Assembly (NCBI GenBank): GCA_965204725.1
Contig: OZ242005.1
Span: forward strand, 2,080,001 to 2,144,000
Source of the DNA: Candidatus Latescibacterota bacterium
GTDB lineage: Bacteria; Latescibacterota; UBA2968; UBA8231
DNA: 64,000 nucleotides
Direction of reading: 5' to 3'
Positions 9,778-19,448 of this stretch are shown one piece after another (positions within the stretch are counted from its first letter, which is position 1; the number at the start of each line of letters is the position of its first letter). Both the position numbers and the translations under genes were made by a program. The notes beneath the pieces are model-generated. The model ran no database searches and was not told the DNA's origin. It saw only the letters and a program-made list of their open reading frames with translations.

Positions 9778-11148
9778 ATGCGTCTAACCTTTGCCGACGG
9801 CACCCTACTCCTGCGCGACTTTGCCGGCCAAGACGCGCCCCCAGCCTTTGTCTGGGACGCCCGCGTCGATCTATTCCGCGCCCAAGCACTTCACTACCGC
9901 GCCAGTTTGGAATACCTAAAGCAGGCAGGAGTGGCGTTCCACAATACCGTGCCGCGCTACAACAGGCTCTCCTTGCAATGGCAGAACGCCCCGCAGCCGT
10001 ACCCCCATCAGCGCGAAAGCATGGACGCTTGGGAGCAGCACGGCCGCCGCGGCGTCGTAGTGCTGCCCACGGGCGCGGGCAAGTCGCAAGTCGCACTCAT
10101 GGCCATCGCGCACGTTCAGCGGAGCACGCTCGTCGTCGCGCCGACCATCGACCTGATGAACCAATGGTACGACTTGCTAACCGCCGCGTTTGCCACTGAG
10201 GTCGGCCTGCTCGGCGGCGGCTATCACGAACTAGCCGACCTAACCGTTACCACGTACGACAGCGCGTATCGGTATCTCGACCGCTACGGCAACCGCTTCG
10301 GCTTGGCGGTCTTTGACGAGGTGCATCACTTGCCCGGAGAAATGTATAGCCACGCCGCTGAAATGTGCATCGCGCCCTATCGGCTCGGGCTGACGGCCAC
10401 GCCCGAACGAGCCGACGGCCGCCACGTGCTCCTCAACACCCTCGTCGGGCCGTGCGCGTACGAGCGCGGCATCCGCGCCCTGTCGGGCGAATACCTCGCC
10501 AACTACCGAGTCGAACGCCGCCAAGTAGATATGGTCGCCGAGGAGCGCGTCCAGTACGAGGCCGCGCGCGACGAGTTCCGATCCTTCCTCGCCGACAAGA
10601 ACATCCGCCTCGGCACCAAAGACGGCTGGCGGCACTTCGTCATGCTCTCGGCGCAGAGCACCAGCGGCCGCCGGGCCATGCAGGCGTATCGCCGCCACCG
10701 CCAGATCGCCTTGGGCACCACCGTCAAGCTCCGAGTGCTCGAAGACATCCTCAAGGCCCATCCACGCGACCGCGTCCTCATCTTTACCAACGACAACGAG
10801 ACCGTGTACCAAATCGCCTCTACCTTCCTCGTCCCGGCCATCACCCATCGCACCCGCACCAAGGAGCGCAAGGCCATTCTCCAAGCCTTTAATCAAGGCG
10901 ACTATTTGTGCTTGGTGACCTCCAAGGTCCTCAACGAAGGGGTCAACATCCCGGAAGCCAACGTCGCGGTGGTGCTGTCTGGCTCCGGGACCATCCGCGA
11001 ACACGTCCAACGGCTCGGCCGCATCTTGCGCCGCCGCCAAGGCAAGGAGGCCGTGCTCTACGAAGTGGTGTCCAAAGACACGGTCGAAGACTACATCAGC
11101 GACCGCCGCCGCCGCCACGAAGCCTATTCGCCGCGCCCTGCAAAGTGA
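9778..11148 (+). CDS. XPB/Rad25-like SF2 DExH helicase
   Basis: PYPHQRE, LPTGAGKS, FDEVHH, LGLTATPER, VLNEGVNIP, QRLGRILR. Start is 9778 or 9739. Confidence 0.88.
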   Translation: MRLTFADGTLLLRDFAGQDAPPAFVWDARVDLFRAQALHYRASLEYLKQAGVAFHNTVPRYNRLSLQWQNAPQPYPHQRESMDAWEQHGRRGVVVLPTGAGKSQVALMAIAHVQRSTLVVAPTIDLMNQWYDLLTAAFATEVGLLGGGYHELADLTVTTYDSAYRYLDRYGNRFGLAVFDEVHHLPGEMYSHAAEMCIAPYRLGLTATPERADGRHVLLNTLVGPCAYERGIRALSGEYLANYRVERRQVDMVAEERVQYEAARDEFRSFLADKNIRLGTKDGWRHFVMLSAQSTSGRRAMQAYRRHRQIALGTTVKLRVLEDILKAHPRDRVLIFTNDNETVYQIASTFLVPAITHRTRTKERKAILQAFNQGDYLCLVTSKVLNEGVNIPEANVAVVLSGSGTIREHVQRLGRILRRRQGKEAVLYEVVSKDTVEDYISDRRRRHEAYSPRPAK

Positions 11149-11149
11149 A

Positions 11150-12373
11150 ATGCTGACTACGGATTTGCTGCTCACCCGCTCGCGCGGCCCCTATATCGCC
11201 CCCCGCTATCTCAATGTCGAGGACCCGCAATACATCGCGCTCGCCCAAGCCCTCATCGACCAGTACAGCGCCCACCAAGGCGAGCCGCGGCAAAAGCTCC
11301 AGCGCGCCTTAGACCTGCATGCGGGCGACCGCACCGACTACCGAGTGCAGCGCGGCTTGGCCAAACTGCTGGGCGACGACTACTGCGAATTTTACATCGA
11401 CAGCCCGCAGCCGCCCGAAGAATTGCGCCACGCCGTCTTTGCCCTCGCCCGCCAGCATCATCCCGTCGTCCGCGAAACCAGCCTCATCTACCCGGTCAAA
11501 CGCGAAGATTTGCTGGAGCAAATCGCCCGCAAGTACCACATCAGCAGCAGCGCGGTGCTCGACGGGCTGTACGCCGACCTGCCCGCCAACCACATCCTCG
11601 GCACCTTTGACGCGCCCTCGCCCCATCAGCTCCTCACGCGCTACAACGTCGCGCTGGCCCAAGCCATGCTCTACCGCTGTGAAATCCTGCGCCTGAGTGT
11701 GCATCGCAACCTGCCGGTGCGCTACAAACAGCTCTTCAAGTTCATCAAGTTTTACCGCCTGATCCACACCATTGAAGGCGACGTAGATGCCGGCTACGAG
11801 ATCGGGCTTGACGGGCCGGTGAGCATCTTCCGCCACTCCCAAAAATACGGCCTGCAAATGGCGGTCTTCCTCCCCGCCCTGCTCCTGTGTACCCGCTGGT
11901 CGCTGCAAGCCGACATTTTGCGCAAAGACGGCCGCCGCCAGCAGTTCGTCCTCGACGACCAAGCGGGCCTCGTGTCGCATTACAAGGATCAGACCCTGTA
12001 CGACTCCCTGTTGGAGGAGACGTTTGCCGCGCGCTTTGCCAAGGCCAAAACCCCATGGCAGCTAGAGCGGGAAAGCGAAATCGTCAACCTCAAAGAGACC
12101 GTGATGATCCCGGACTTTACCTTCCGCCATCCCGACGGCCGCACGGCCCTACTAGAAATCATGGGCTACTGGCGGCCCGAATACCTAAGGCGCAAGCTCG
12201 ATAAACTGCGCCAAGCCCAACGCCGCGACCTAATCGTCGCAGTCTCCTCCAACCTCAACGTCAGCGCGGACGACTTCACCGATGTTCCGGGGGGAGTCTT
12301 CTTCTTCAAGAACAAAATCCAGCCCAAAGACGTCATCGCGTTATTGGACCGGACCGATCCGCAAGCCTCGTAA
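11150..12373 (+). CDS. DUF790 (Bax1-like) PD-(D/E)xK endonuclease
   Basis: RYNVALAQAMLY, LDGPVSIF..SQKYG, YDS.LE..FA, IPDF....LLEIMGYW.PEYL; sits 1 nt after the XPB-like gene, the known XPB-Bax1 pairing. Confidence 0.85.
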   Translation: MLTTDLLLTRSRGPYIAPRYLNVEDPQYIALAQALIDQYSAHQGEPRQKLQRALDLHAGDRTDYRVQRGLAKLLGDDYCEFYIDSPQPPEELRHAVFALARQHHPVVRETSLIYPVKREDLLEQIARKYHISSSAVLDGLYADLPANHILGTFDAPSPHQLLTRYNVALAQAMLYRCEILRLSVHRNLPVRYKQLFKFIKFYRLIHTIEGDVDAGYEIGLDGPVSIFRHSQKYGLQMAVFLPALLLCTRWSLQADILRKDGRRQQFVLDDQAGLVSHYKDQTLYDSLLEETFAARFAKAKTPWQLERESEIVNLKETVMIPDFTFRHPDGRTALLEIMGYWRPEYLRRKLDKLRQAQRRDLIVAVSSNLNVSADDFTDVPGGVFFFKNKIQPKDVIALLDRTDPQAS

Positions 12374-12485
12374 GGGGGCCTTATAGCAGTGCGGCGATGC
12401 CCTTGGGTTGCGGAGTATTGGGATGACCATTCAACCGTACGGTCGGTTAGATAGGTCTTTTTAGGATCTTGTAGGGAGAACTTTG

Positions 12486-13073
12486 CTATTGCGGAGGACG
12501 AGGCGGCGATAGCGGAGCCGACGAGTCGCCAGTCATTACGGGAGCATTTGCCTTTGACTTCTTCAACTCTTGCTTCCTTTCGTGCCTCACCCAGAAAAAT
12601 AAACCAACCAAACCCGCCACGGCTGAAATTGTCGTGGCGGCTCCCTCCAAAGATTGGCCATTGGCCATTAGATAGACACCCCCAATAACAGCACTCATTG
12701 CAATAACAAATCCAAACATTTGCCCGCGCACCTCCAACTTCAAATTGGACTCGACAATTGCGGACTCAAGTTTGCGGCGATGCTCGGATTGGTCTTCAGC
12801 CATTCGCACAATACGTTCTGGTATATCGGGGGAAATTTCCTTATATGCGGCAAGGTGTTCTGGGTGGGGAAGCGGCCCTAAAAATAATTCTTGTTCGGCA
12901 ACCAGTACTTCTTGTGCAAAAGTACTGACCTCCTTCCGAACAATGGCCTCCAAGTCGCCGGAGGTCTGGGCCGAATCGTCGCCGGAGGTCTCAACCGAAT
13001 CGTCCGTAGCTTCGCGATTGGCAGGCAATTGCGGCTTTGTAGATCGGCGCTGCTGGCGACGTTTGCGGCTCAC
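12486..13073 (-). CDS. DUF2335-family membrane protein
   Basis: GPLPHPEHLAAY..I.P....RIVRMAE.Q..HR followed by two transmembrane helices. Confidence 0.75.
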   Translation of the reverse strand: MSRKRRQQRRSTKPQLPANREATDDSVETSGDDSAQTSGDLEAIVRKEVSTFAQEVLVAEQELFLGPLPHPEHLAAYKEISPDIPERIVRMAEDQSEHRRKLESAIVESNLKLEVRGQMFGFVIAMSAVIGGVYLMANGQSLEGAATTISAVAGLVGLFFWVRHERKQELKKSKANAPVMTGDSSAPLSPPRPPQ

Positions 13074-13714
13074 TGAAAATTACCGGACGGTTTCGCCTGC
13101 GCCATGGCATCTTCCAGATCGCATCCGGTTGCGAGCCAATCTTTGCGGATCGCCAAGGCATCTATCTGTTTTTCCTCCGCCCCGATAGGCCGGTCGTCAA
13201 GCGTTCCCATGAAATCCAAAGTCCGCGCCATGCCAGAGAGGAAGGAAGGAGTCGGCAACAGATACGAGGTCCGAAAGTGCGACGAGGCTGCGTACGGAAC
13301 GAGGCTGTTCACCGCCATATCGGGATAACACTGATAAATGGCGACCAGCAGTTGTCTGAATGTCTGCGAGAGAACCCATTGGGCAGCGTCTTTCAGATAG
13401 CGGGCGATCTCCTGCGGAAGCTCTGACAACATCGCAGCACCTCGTGCGTGACCAGAGTCCGTCAGGGAGTACAGGCGATACCCATTATGGTTGACGCACA
13501 CCTCGTTCTCCATCGACAACGCATCGAGCTCTTGGAACACGGCCACATCGAATGGACCGTAGTTGTAGGGCTTAAAACCAAAATGCGGCCCCTCGACGAA
13601 CTGTGGGATCTCCTTATCGACCAAGAAGAGGAGCTTTTGTACTCGCACTGGGTCGAATTGCGCTCCTGCTCCACCGGCCGCCATGGCCGTCAACACGACT
13701 TCAGGACGTTTCAT
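13070..13714 (-). CDS. Winged-helix protein resembling SocA/Panacea (DUF4065)-type antitoxins, with a C-terminal extension
   Basis: RVQKLLFL...FKPYNYGPF...ELDAL motif; overlaps the start of the DUF2335 gene. Confidence 0.55.
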   Translation of the reverse strand: MKRPEVVLTAMAAGGAGAQFDPVRVQKLLFLVDKEIPQFVEGPHFGFKPYNYGPFDVAVFQELDALSMENEVCVNHNGYRLYSLTDSGHARGAAMLSELPQEIARYLKDAAQWVLSQTFRQLLVAIYQCYPDMAVNSLVPYAASSHFRTSYLLPTPSFLSGMARTLDFMGTLDDRPIGAEEKQIDALAIRKDWLATGCDLEDAMAQAKPSGNFQ

Positions 13715-13928
13715 GGTACATCCTCCTACAATTTGGGAACTCTGTCTTCGTAGTTGACTGATCGCATCATGGCCTCCAAGCCTGCCACCTGCTCCCGGCC
13801 GACGAGAAGCTGCTGTATCATACCTTGCTTAATGGGCCGCACCTCGTCAAGCCACTGTTTGAACGAGGGCTTCTGTATCTATATAGAAAGGGACGGTGAA
13901 TTTTATTGAGGTCCGCACGGGGCACTGA

Positions 13929-15251
13929 TTAGTCGGCGGGCGCGGCACTGAATTTGCGCTGCACGAAACGCAACGCGGCGTAGTAGCTATCGATTCGCCC
14001 CTCTAGCTGGGCGTCCTCAACGGCCGAGAGAATCTCCTTAAAGCGCGGCCCCGGCTGCAACCCCAAGGCAATCAAGTCGCGCCCGGTCAGCAGGGCCGGC
14101 GGGCGCAACTGCTCCTTTTTTAGCTGGGCCAACTGCGCTTGGCAAAACTCGTAGAGGTCGAGCTGGCCGTGGCTGGCCAAGCAATCGGCGCGGTGCAATT
14201 GGAGCAGCTCGGGAAAGTGCGGCTCGCGCAACAGGCGCACCAGCGTGCTCGGGCGCATCTGGCGCACGTGGTCGATCCGCAGGTGGTCGGCGACGAGCGT
14301 GCAGACGCGCCTCCGCGCTTGGTTGGACATTTGCAGCCGCCCGCAGATCGCGGCCGCCATTTTGGCCCCAACCGCCTCGTGGCCGTGGAAGCGGATGCGC
14401 TCGGCGCGCACCATAGTAGATGGCTTGCCAATGTCGTGCAGCAGCGCGCTCCAAGCCAGCTCGGCCGACGGCTCGTCGAGGTATTCAAACAGGCCCTGAA
14501 CGTGGGTCCACACATCGCCTTCGGGATGGAATTCAGGGTCTTGTGGTACGCCCCGCATGGCCGCGACTTCCGGCAGCACGGCTTGCAACAAGCCCGACCG
14601 ATCCAAAAGGCGCAAGCCGCGCCGCGCCCCGCCCTCGGTCAACAACAGGGTCAGCTCGTCGCGGAGGCGCTCGGCACTGACGCCAGCAATGCACTCGGCC
14701 CGGGCGCAGAGGGCGTCCCACGTCGCGGGTTCAATGGTAAAGCCGAGCCGGGCCTCAAAGCGCACGGCCCGCAACAGGCGCAGATCGTCTTCGGCAAAGC
14801 GCACGGCCGGGTCGCCAATGGCGCGGATGACCTTAGCGCGGAGGTCTTGCTGCCCGCCTACGTAATCGAGGAGCGCGGCGCGGGCCGGGTCGTAGAACAG
14901 GCCGTTGATGGTAAAGTCGCGGCGCTGGGCGTCGGCGCGGGCGTCGGCTGGCTCAATGGAGGTGGGACGACGACCGTCGCGGTATGGGCCGTCGCGGCGA
15001 AAGCGTGCGACCTCGTAGGAACCTTCGTCGAGCACCACCAAGGAGATGCCAAACTGGACGCCGACCGGCACCGTGTGCTCAAAGAGCGCGGCCACCTCTT
15101 CCGGCTCGGCATCCGTAGCCACATCCCAGTCCTTGGGCACGCGGCCCAATACCAAGTCGCGCACGCAACCCCCCGCGAGCAGGGCTCGGAAGCCGGCCCG
15201 CCGCAAGGTCTCGACGACGCGCTGAGCACCAGCGTCTATATCTGCATTCAT
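13929..15251 (-). CDS. cca: CCA tRNA nucleotidyltransferase with HD domain
   Basis: GGCVRD, KDWDVAT, RRDFTIN, EDDLRLLRAVRF, HPEGDVWTH, LLHDIGK. Confidence 0.9.
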   Translation of the reverse strand: MNADIDAGAQRVVETLRRAGFRALLAGGCVRDLVLGRVPKDWDVATDAEPEEVAALFEHTVPVGVQFGISLVVLDEGSYEVARFRRDGPYRDGRRPTSIEPADARADAQRRDFTINGLFYDPARAALLDYVGGQQDLRAKVIRAIGDPAVRFAEDDLRLLRAVRFEARLGFTIEPATWDALCARAECIAGVSAERLRDELTLLLTEGGARRGLRLLDRSGLLQAVLPEVAAMRGVPQDPEFHPEGDVWTHVQGLFEYLDEPSAELAWSALLHDIGKPSTMVRAERIRFHGHEAVGAKMAAAICGRLQMSNQARRRVCTLVADHLRIDHVRQMRPSTLVRLLREPHFPELLQLHRADCLASHGQLDLYEFCQAQLAQLKKEQLRPPALLTGRDLIALGLQPGPRFKEILSAVEDAQLEGRIDSYYAALRFVQRKFSAAPAD

Positions 15252-15344
15252 CCGATTAATCGCCTCTCGGTCAAAAGTACCATTCGCCTCCTACAATGGG
15301 CAACTACTTTTGACAAGCCGCCATCCCTAAGTTATTGTGTCGCT

Positions 15345-16229
15345 ATGTCGTCTTTGCTCCATGGCCTCACCCGCATCGCCCTTTGTGCGTCAGTGCCTCT
15401 CTGCGCGGCCGGCATTCTTTTTTTCGCCGAATACCAAACCCAATTCGCGGCCCGCTACCTTGGCCAATACCTCGCGCAGCAAAACCCCAAGCGCCAGCCG
15501 AGGGGCGCGCTCTGGCAAGGCATTCTCGCGAGTCGGCAGACCCGCATGGCCTTATCCGACTCGTTGGCCGAGGCGCCCTTGGAGCCGAGCCAAACCCCGC
15601 TGCCGGTCTTGCAAAACCACTATCAACTCCAGTACCACGGCACCCACGCGGCGTTCTTTTCAGTAACGCGGCGCGACACCGCCTTGCAACCCGATCACTT
15701 CGACCCAGAGACCCTGCGCGAGCTCGCCTATTCCCTACAGATCTACGAGCAGGGCCGCTACCTGCTAACCCAAGCCAGCGTCCCCGACGACTCCCATCAT
15801 CTCCACGCCCTCATCGGCGCGCAAATAGCCCTAGAGGACGGTTCGCTCTTCCACCAACTCCACAAGTGGCTGCTGGCAAAAGACGAGCCCGAGGCCTGGA
15901 CCTTTCTCAAGATGAAAGAGGAAGACATAGCGTACTGGCGCGAGCACCTAACGCCGCTGTTGAGCACGGACCCCGACCACGCGCGAAGCGATGCCGGGCC
16001 GATTATCACAGAGGCCCTAGCGCAGATCGTGCAAGCCCGGGCCGACGCGCTGCGCCAAGGCGAGACCGGGCGTCTGCTCGTGGCTTGGGACGGCGCAGAT
16101 GGCTTTGAACTGCGCCTGACCCGCACGGGGGAGCAATTCGCCGCGTACGCGATAGAGCCGGGCCTGGCGGCCACGCCGCTCGTGCTGCCGGCCCAACTGG
16201 TGCAACAACGCCTCGGGCTGGAGCCATGA
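15345..16229 (+). CDS. Hypothetical membrane-anchored protein
   Basis: ATG 15345 (MSSLLHG) precedes a hydrophobic segment; ATGA overlap with the PBP gene. Confidence 0.55.
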   Translation: MSSLLHGLTRIALCASVPLCAAGILFFAEYQTQFAARYLGQYLAQQNPKRQPRGALWQGILASRQTRMALSDSLAEAPLEPSQTPLPVLQNHYQLQYHGTHAAFFSVTRRDTALQPDHFDPETLRELAYSLQIYEQGRYLLTQASVPDDSHHLHALIGAQIALEDGSLFHQLHKWLLAKDEPEAWTFLKMKEEDIAYWREHLTPLLSTDPDHARSDAGPIITEALAQIVQARADALRQGETGRLLVAWDGADGFELRLTRTGEQFAAYAIEPGLAATPLVLPAQLVQQRLGLEP

Positions 16230-18268
16230 GACGCCCCCTGCTCATCGGCGCGGTCCTGACCGTGCTCCTCGTTTTGGCGACCGGACTGGGAATCGGGTAC
16301 ACCGTCTGGCGCATGGCCCCGAGCTTGCCCAGCCTGCCCACCGATCCGCGCGAGTTGGGCATCCGCCCCGGCACGGAGATGTACGCGGCCTCGGGCGAGC
16401 GCATCTACACCTTCAACCAGAGCCGCCAATGGGTCCCCCTCGAACACATCAGCCCCCACGTGGTCAACGCGCTCATTGCCACGGAGGACGCGCACTTTTA
16501 CCACCACCGCGGCATCGACCTGCTGTCCATCGTCGGCGCGGTGCGCGACAACCTGCTAGCGGGCGGCCTTACGCGCGGCGGCAGCACCTTGACCCAACAG
16601 CTCGTCAAGCGCCTGTTCTTTTCGCCGGAAAAGACCTTCAAACGCAAGCTGTCGGAAGCGCTGCTCGCCGTGCAGCTAGAGTCGTTTTTTGCCGCCTCGT
16701 ACCCAGACACCAACGCCGCCGGCCAGCTCGCCTACAAAGATCGCCTCCTAGAGCTATACCTCAACGAGGTCTTCTACGGCACCAACGCCTACGGCATTCA
16801 CGACGCCGCGGCCACCTTCTTCAACACGACCCCAGACTCCCTGAGCCTGCCCCGCGCGGCCATGCTCATCGGCCAGCTCAACGCTCCAACCGCGTACAAT
16901 CCTCTGCGAAACGCCCAACAAGCCACCGCCCGGCTGCAACACGTGCTCGACCGCATGGTCGCCAGCGGCTTTCTCGACCCGCAGACGCGCCGGGAATACG
17001 CCGCCCTCCGCACCGCAGACCTCATTGACCCCGGCTACCCGCCCCGCAACCCGGTGCCCTATTGGGTCGAAGCCATCAACGCGGAAATCGTCCGGCAGTG
17101 GGGGCCATCGGCCCTGCACTACGGCAGCCTGAAGGTCTATACCACCTTGGACATTGCGATGCAAGAAGCGGCCGAAGACGCCGTGGCCAAGGGGATGGTC
17201 GAATTGGATGAGCGGCTGGGGTTTAAGCCCTATTCGGAAGCGTCCATGGCCGAGCGTCCAGCGTACGTCCAAGGCGCGTTGGTATGCCTGTCGCCAGCCG
17301 GAAACGTGCTGGCCATGGTCGGGGGCCGAGACATTTTCGTCAGCTACTACAACCGCGCCCTCACCGCCCGCCGCCAGCCCGGCTCTGGCTTTAAGCCGAT
17401 AGCCTATCTAGCGGCCTTAGAAGCGGGCAAAATAAGCCCGGTCTCCGTGTTTGACGATCAGCGGCGCACCTATATCGTCAACGGGCAAAAGTGGCAGCCG
17501 CGCAACTACGGGGGCCGCTACTTGGGGCGGACGACGGCCGCGTGGGCCTTAGTCCGCTCGGCCAACTCCACGGCCATACAAATCTCCGAGCTCGTCGGCC
17601 CGAGCCGCGTCGTTGAGGTCGCGCACCGCTTGGGTTTTGCCGGGCCAATCGGGGCTTATAAGAGCATTGCCTTGGGCGTGGCCGAAGTCACCGTATTGGA
17701 GATGGCCGTGGCGTACGGGGCTTTTGTCAACCATGGATTGCGGATGAAGCCGACCTTGATCGAGCGGGTTGTCGATGCCAACGACGAGCCGATCTTTATC
17801 CACCAGCCGCAAATTCGCCAAGCCATCGCCCCAGACTTAGCGGCGCAGATGGTCCACCTCTTGCGCCAGACCGTGGACCGCGGCACCGGCCACCAAGCGC
17901 GCAGACGCGGCTTTGTGCGGCCGGCCGCTGGCAAGACCGGCACGACCAACGACAATACCGACGCTTGGTTTACCGGCTTCACGCCCGACTTAATCGCCAG
18001 CGTCTGGATAGGGTTTGACGACCGCCGCGCTCATAAGCTGATGGATACGCGGGGGGTGCAAATCACCGGCGGCAACGGCGCCGTACCCATTTGGACGGAT
18101 TTTATGATCGCGGTAAACGAGGGGCAGCCAGAACAGGATTTTGACCTCCCCGAAGACGTGAGAATTTACAGCGTGGATTTCCGCACCGGCAAGGTGCGCT
18201 CAAAGCCTGACAAGGACGGGGTTCAGCCGCTGTCCGTAGCCTTGCGCCGGGGCGAGGACCCCAACTGA
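16226..18268 (+). CDS. Class A penicillin-binding protein (transglycosylase/transpeptidase)
   Basis: ATEDAHFY.H.G, GGSTLTQQLVK, RKLSE, ELYLN, PGSGFK (SxxK), RSAN (SxN), GKTGT. Confidence 0.92.
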   Translation: MRRPLLIGAVLTVLLVLATGLGIGYTVWRMAPSLPSLPTDPRELGIRPGTEMYAASGERIYTFNQSRQWVPLEHISPHVVNALIATEDAHFYHHRGIDLLSIVGAVRDNLLAGGLTRGGSTLTQQLVKRLFFSPEKTFKRKLSEALLAVQLESFFAASYPDTNAAGQLAYKDRLLELYLNEVFYGTNAYGIHDAAATFFNTTPDSLSLPRAAMLIGQLNAPTAYNPLRNAQQATARLQHVLDRMVASGFLDPQTRREYAALRTADLIDPGYPPRNPVPYWVEAINAEIVRQWGPSALHYGSLKVYTTLDIAMQEAAEDAVAKGMVELDERLGFKPYSEASMAERPAYVQGALVCLSPAGNVLAMVGGRDIFVSYYNRALTARRQPGSGFKPIAYLAALEAGKISPVSVFDDQRRTYIVNGQKWQPRNYGGRYLGRTTAAWALVRSANSTAIQISELVGPSRVVEVAHRLGFAGPIGAYKSIALGVAEVTVLEMAVAYGAFVNHGLRMKPTLIERVVDANDEPIFIHQPQIRQAIAPDLAAQMVHLLRQTVDRGTGHQARRRGFVRPAAGKTGTTNDNTDAWFTGFTPDLIASVWIGFDDRRAHKLMDTRGVQITGGNGAVPIWTDFMIAVNEGQPEQDFDLPEDVRIYSVDFRTGKVRSKPDKDGVQPLSVALRRGEDPN

Positions 18269-18276
18269 ATCGACAT

Positions 18277-19380
18277 TCAAACGGCGGCCAAGACCTCCCT
18301 CACCCGCCGCGCCACAATGTCTTCCTCGCCCGGCTCCATCATATAGGGATTGATCCCAAAGCCGCTTTCGTGGGCGGCAACCTCAATGCGCGGTTGGCCG
18401 CTCGATAGCAGGCGCACCAGCTCGTGGCCGCTGAGGGCCAGCCGCTCCCGGTCCCAGCGCACCGCCAAGTTCGGCGCGACATTCGAGCGCCCGGGCTGAT
18501 CGACCTGCGTCGTCACCGACGGAAACGACGTCGCGGCCGCCGCTACCACAGCCAAACGCCGTTCCCATTCCCGCCACTCGGCGGCGTGGTCGCGCACCAC
18601 CCACTGCTCCACCGCCGCCAACAGCCCCATAATTTCTTCCTTGCCCGCCTTCATGGGCCTTCCCAGCGCGTGGTGCGGTGCCCCGTTGAGGAAAGCGGCC
18701 TGCAACAGTTCCTTGCGCCCCAAGACCAAGCCCGACGCCTGCGGCCCGCGCAGGCACTTGCCGCCCGAATAGGCCACTGCATCCGCTCCCTGCTCCAGAT
18801 ACCAGTTGGGCGCGTCCGGCCGCTCGGCGGCTGCATCGACCAAGGTCGGTACGCCGTGCCGCTGCCCAGCCGCCGCCATGTCCGCCACCGAGATGGCCCC
18901 CCGTTCGGCCGCATCGCCAAACACCAAGAGCATGGCCGTGCGCTCCGACAGGGCCGCTTCGAGCGCGGCGAGCGTCTCGACCTCGATCAGTTCGACGCCG
19001 ACCATGCGCACGGCGTGATCGTACCCGTGGCGGTGGCTCGGCTGGACGAGGACTTGGTTTTTCATGCCCGTCGCGTCGGGCAACCGCGCCATTTTCTCGG
19101 GATCGGTGCCAGCCACGCAAGCGGCCGTAACTTGGCACAAGGCCGCGGCGCAACCGTTGGTAACCAGCCCCCACTCGCACTGCATGAGCTCGCCGATGCG
19201 CGCTCCGACGGCTTCCATGAGCTCGTCGAGGTGAACGTATTGCTTGGAGGCCGCGACCATGGCCTGCCGCACTTGCGGCAAGACCAGCGAGCCGCTGATG
19301 ATGGTATAGGTCCCTCGGCAATTGATCAGGGGGCGGACGCCGAGGCTTCCGTAGGTTGGGTAGTCAAGCTGGCCGCTCAT
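18277..19380 (-). CDS. SelA-like PLP-dependent enzyme (DgaE/SelA-related)
   Basis: INCRGTYT..SGS, VDAAAE, YSGGKCLRGPQASG, GRPMKAGKE. Start MSGQLD follows an AGAAGGA-type RBS. Confidence 0.8.
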   Translation of the reverse strand: MSGQLDYPTYGSLGVRPLINCRGTYTIISGSLVLPQVRQAMVAASKQYVHLDELMEAVGARIGELMQCEWGLVTNGCAAALCQVTAACVAGTDPEKMARLPDATGMKNQVLVQPSHRHGYDHAVRMVGVELIEVETLAALEAALSERTAMLLVFGDAAERGAISVADMAAAGQRHGVPTLVDAAAERPDAPNWYLEQGADAVAYSGGKCLRGPQASGLVLGRKELLQAAFLNGAPHHALGRPMKAGKEEIMGLLAAVEQWVVRDHAAEWREWERRLAVVAAAATSFPSVTTQVDQPGRSNVAPNLAVRWDRERLALSGHELVRLLSSGQPRIEVAAHESGFGINPYMMEPGEEDIVARRVREVLAAV

Positions 19381-19448
19381 TCCTTCTCCTCGTTTCTGTT
19401 GTGTGTGTCGCGTTAATCGCGCATTCACGTTGTACCTCCGCGTCTTTT

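Noticed and set aside
9778-12373. XPB-like helicase plus DUF790 as a novel system
   Set aside because: This is the already known XPB-Bax1-type gene pair.
14139-15344. N-terminal part of the 696-aa plus-strand ORF 14139-16229
   Set aside because: It is an antisense shadow of cca; only the part from ATG 15345 is plausible.
18277-19380. True selenocysteine synthase selA
   Set aside because: It is shorter than SelA, has the SGGK motif typical of SelA-like/DgaE proteins, and has no selB, selC or selD nearby.
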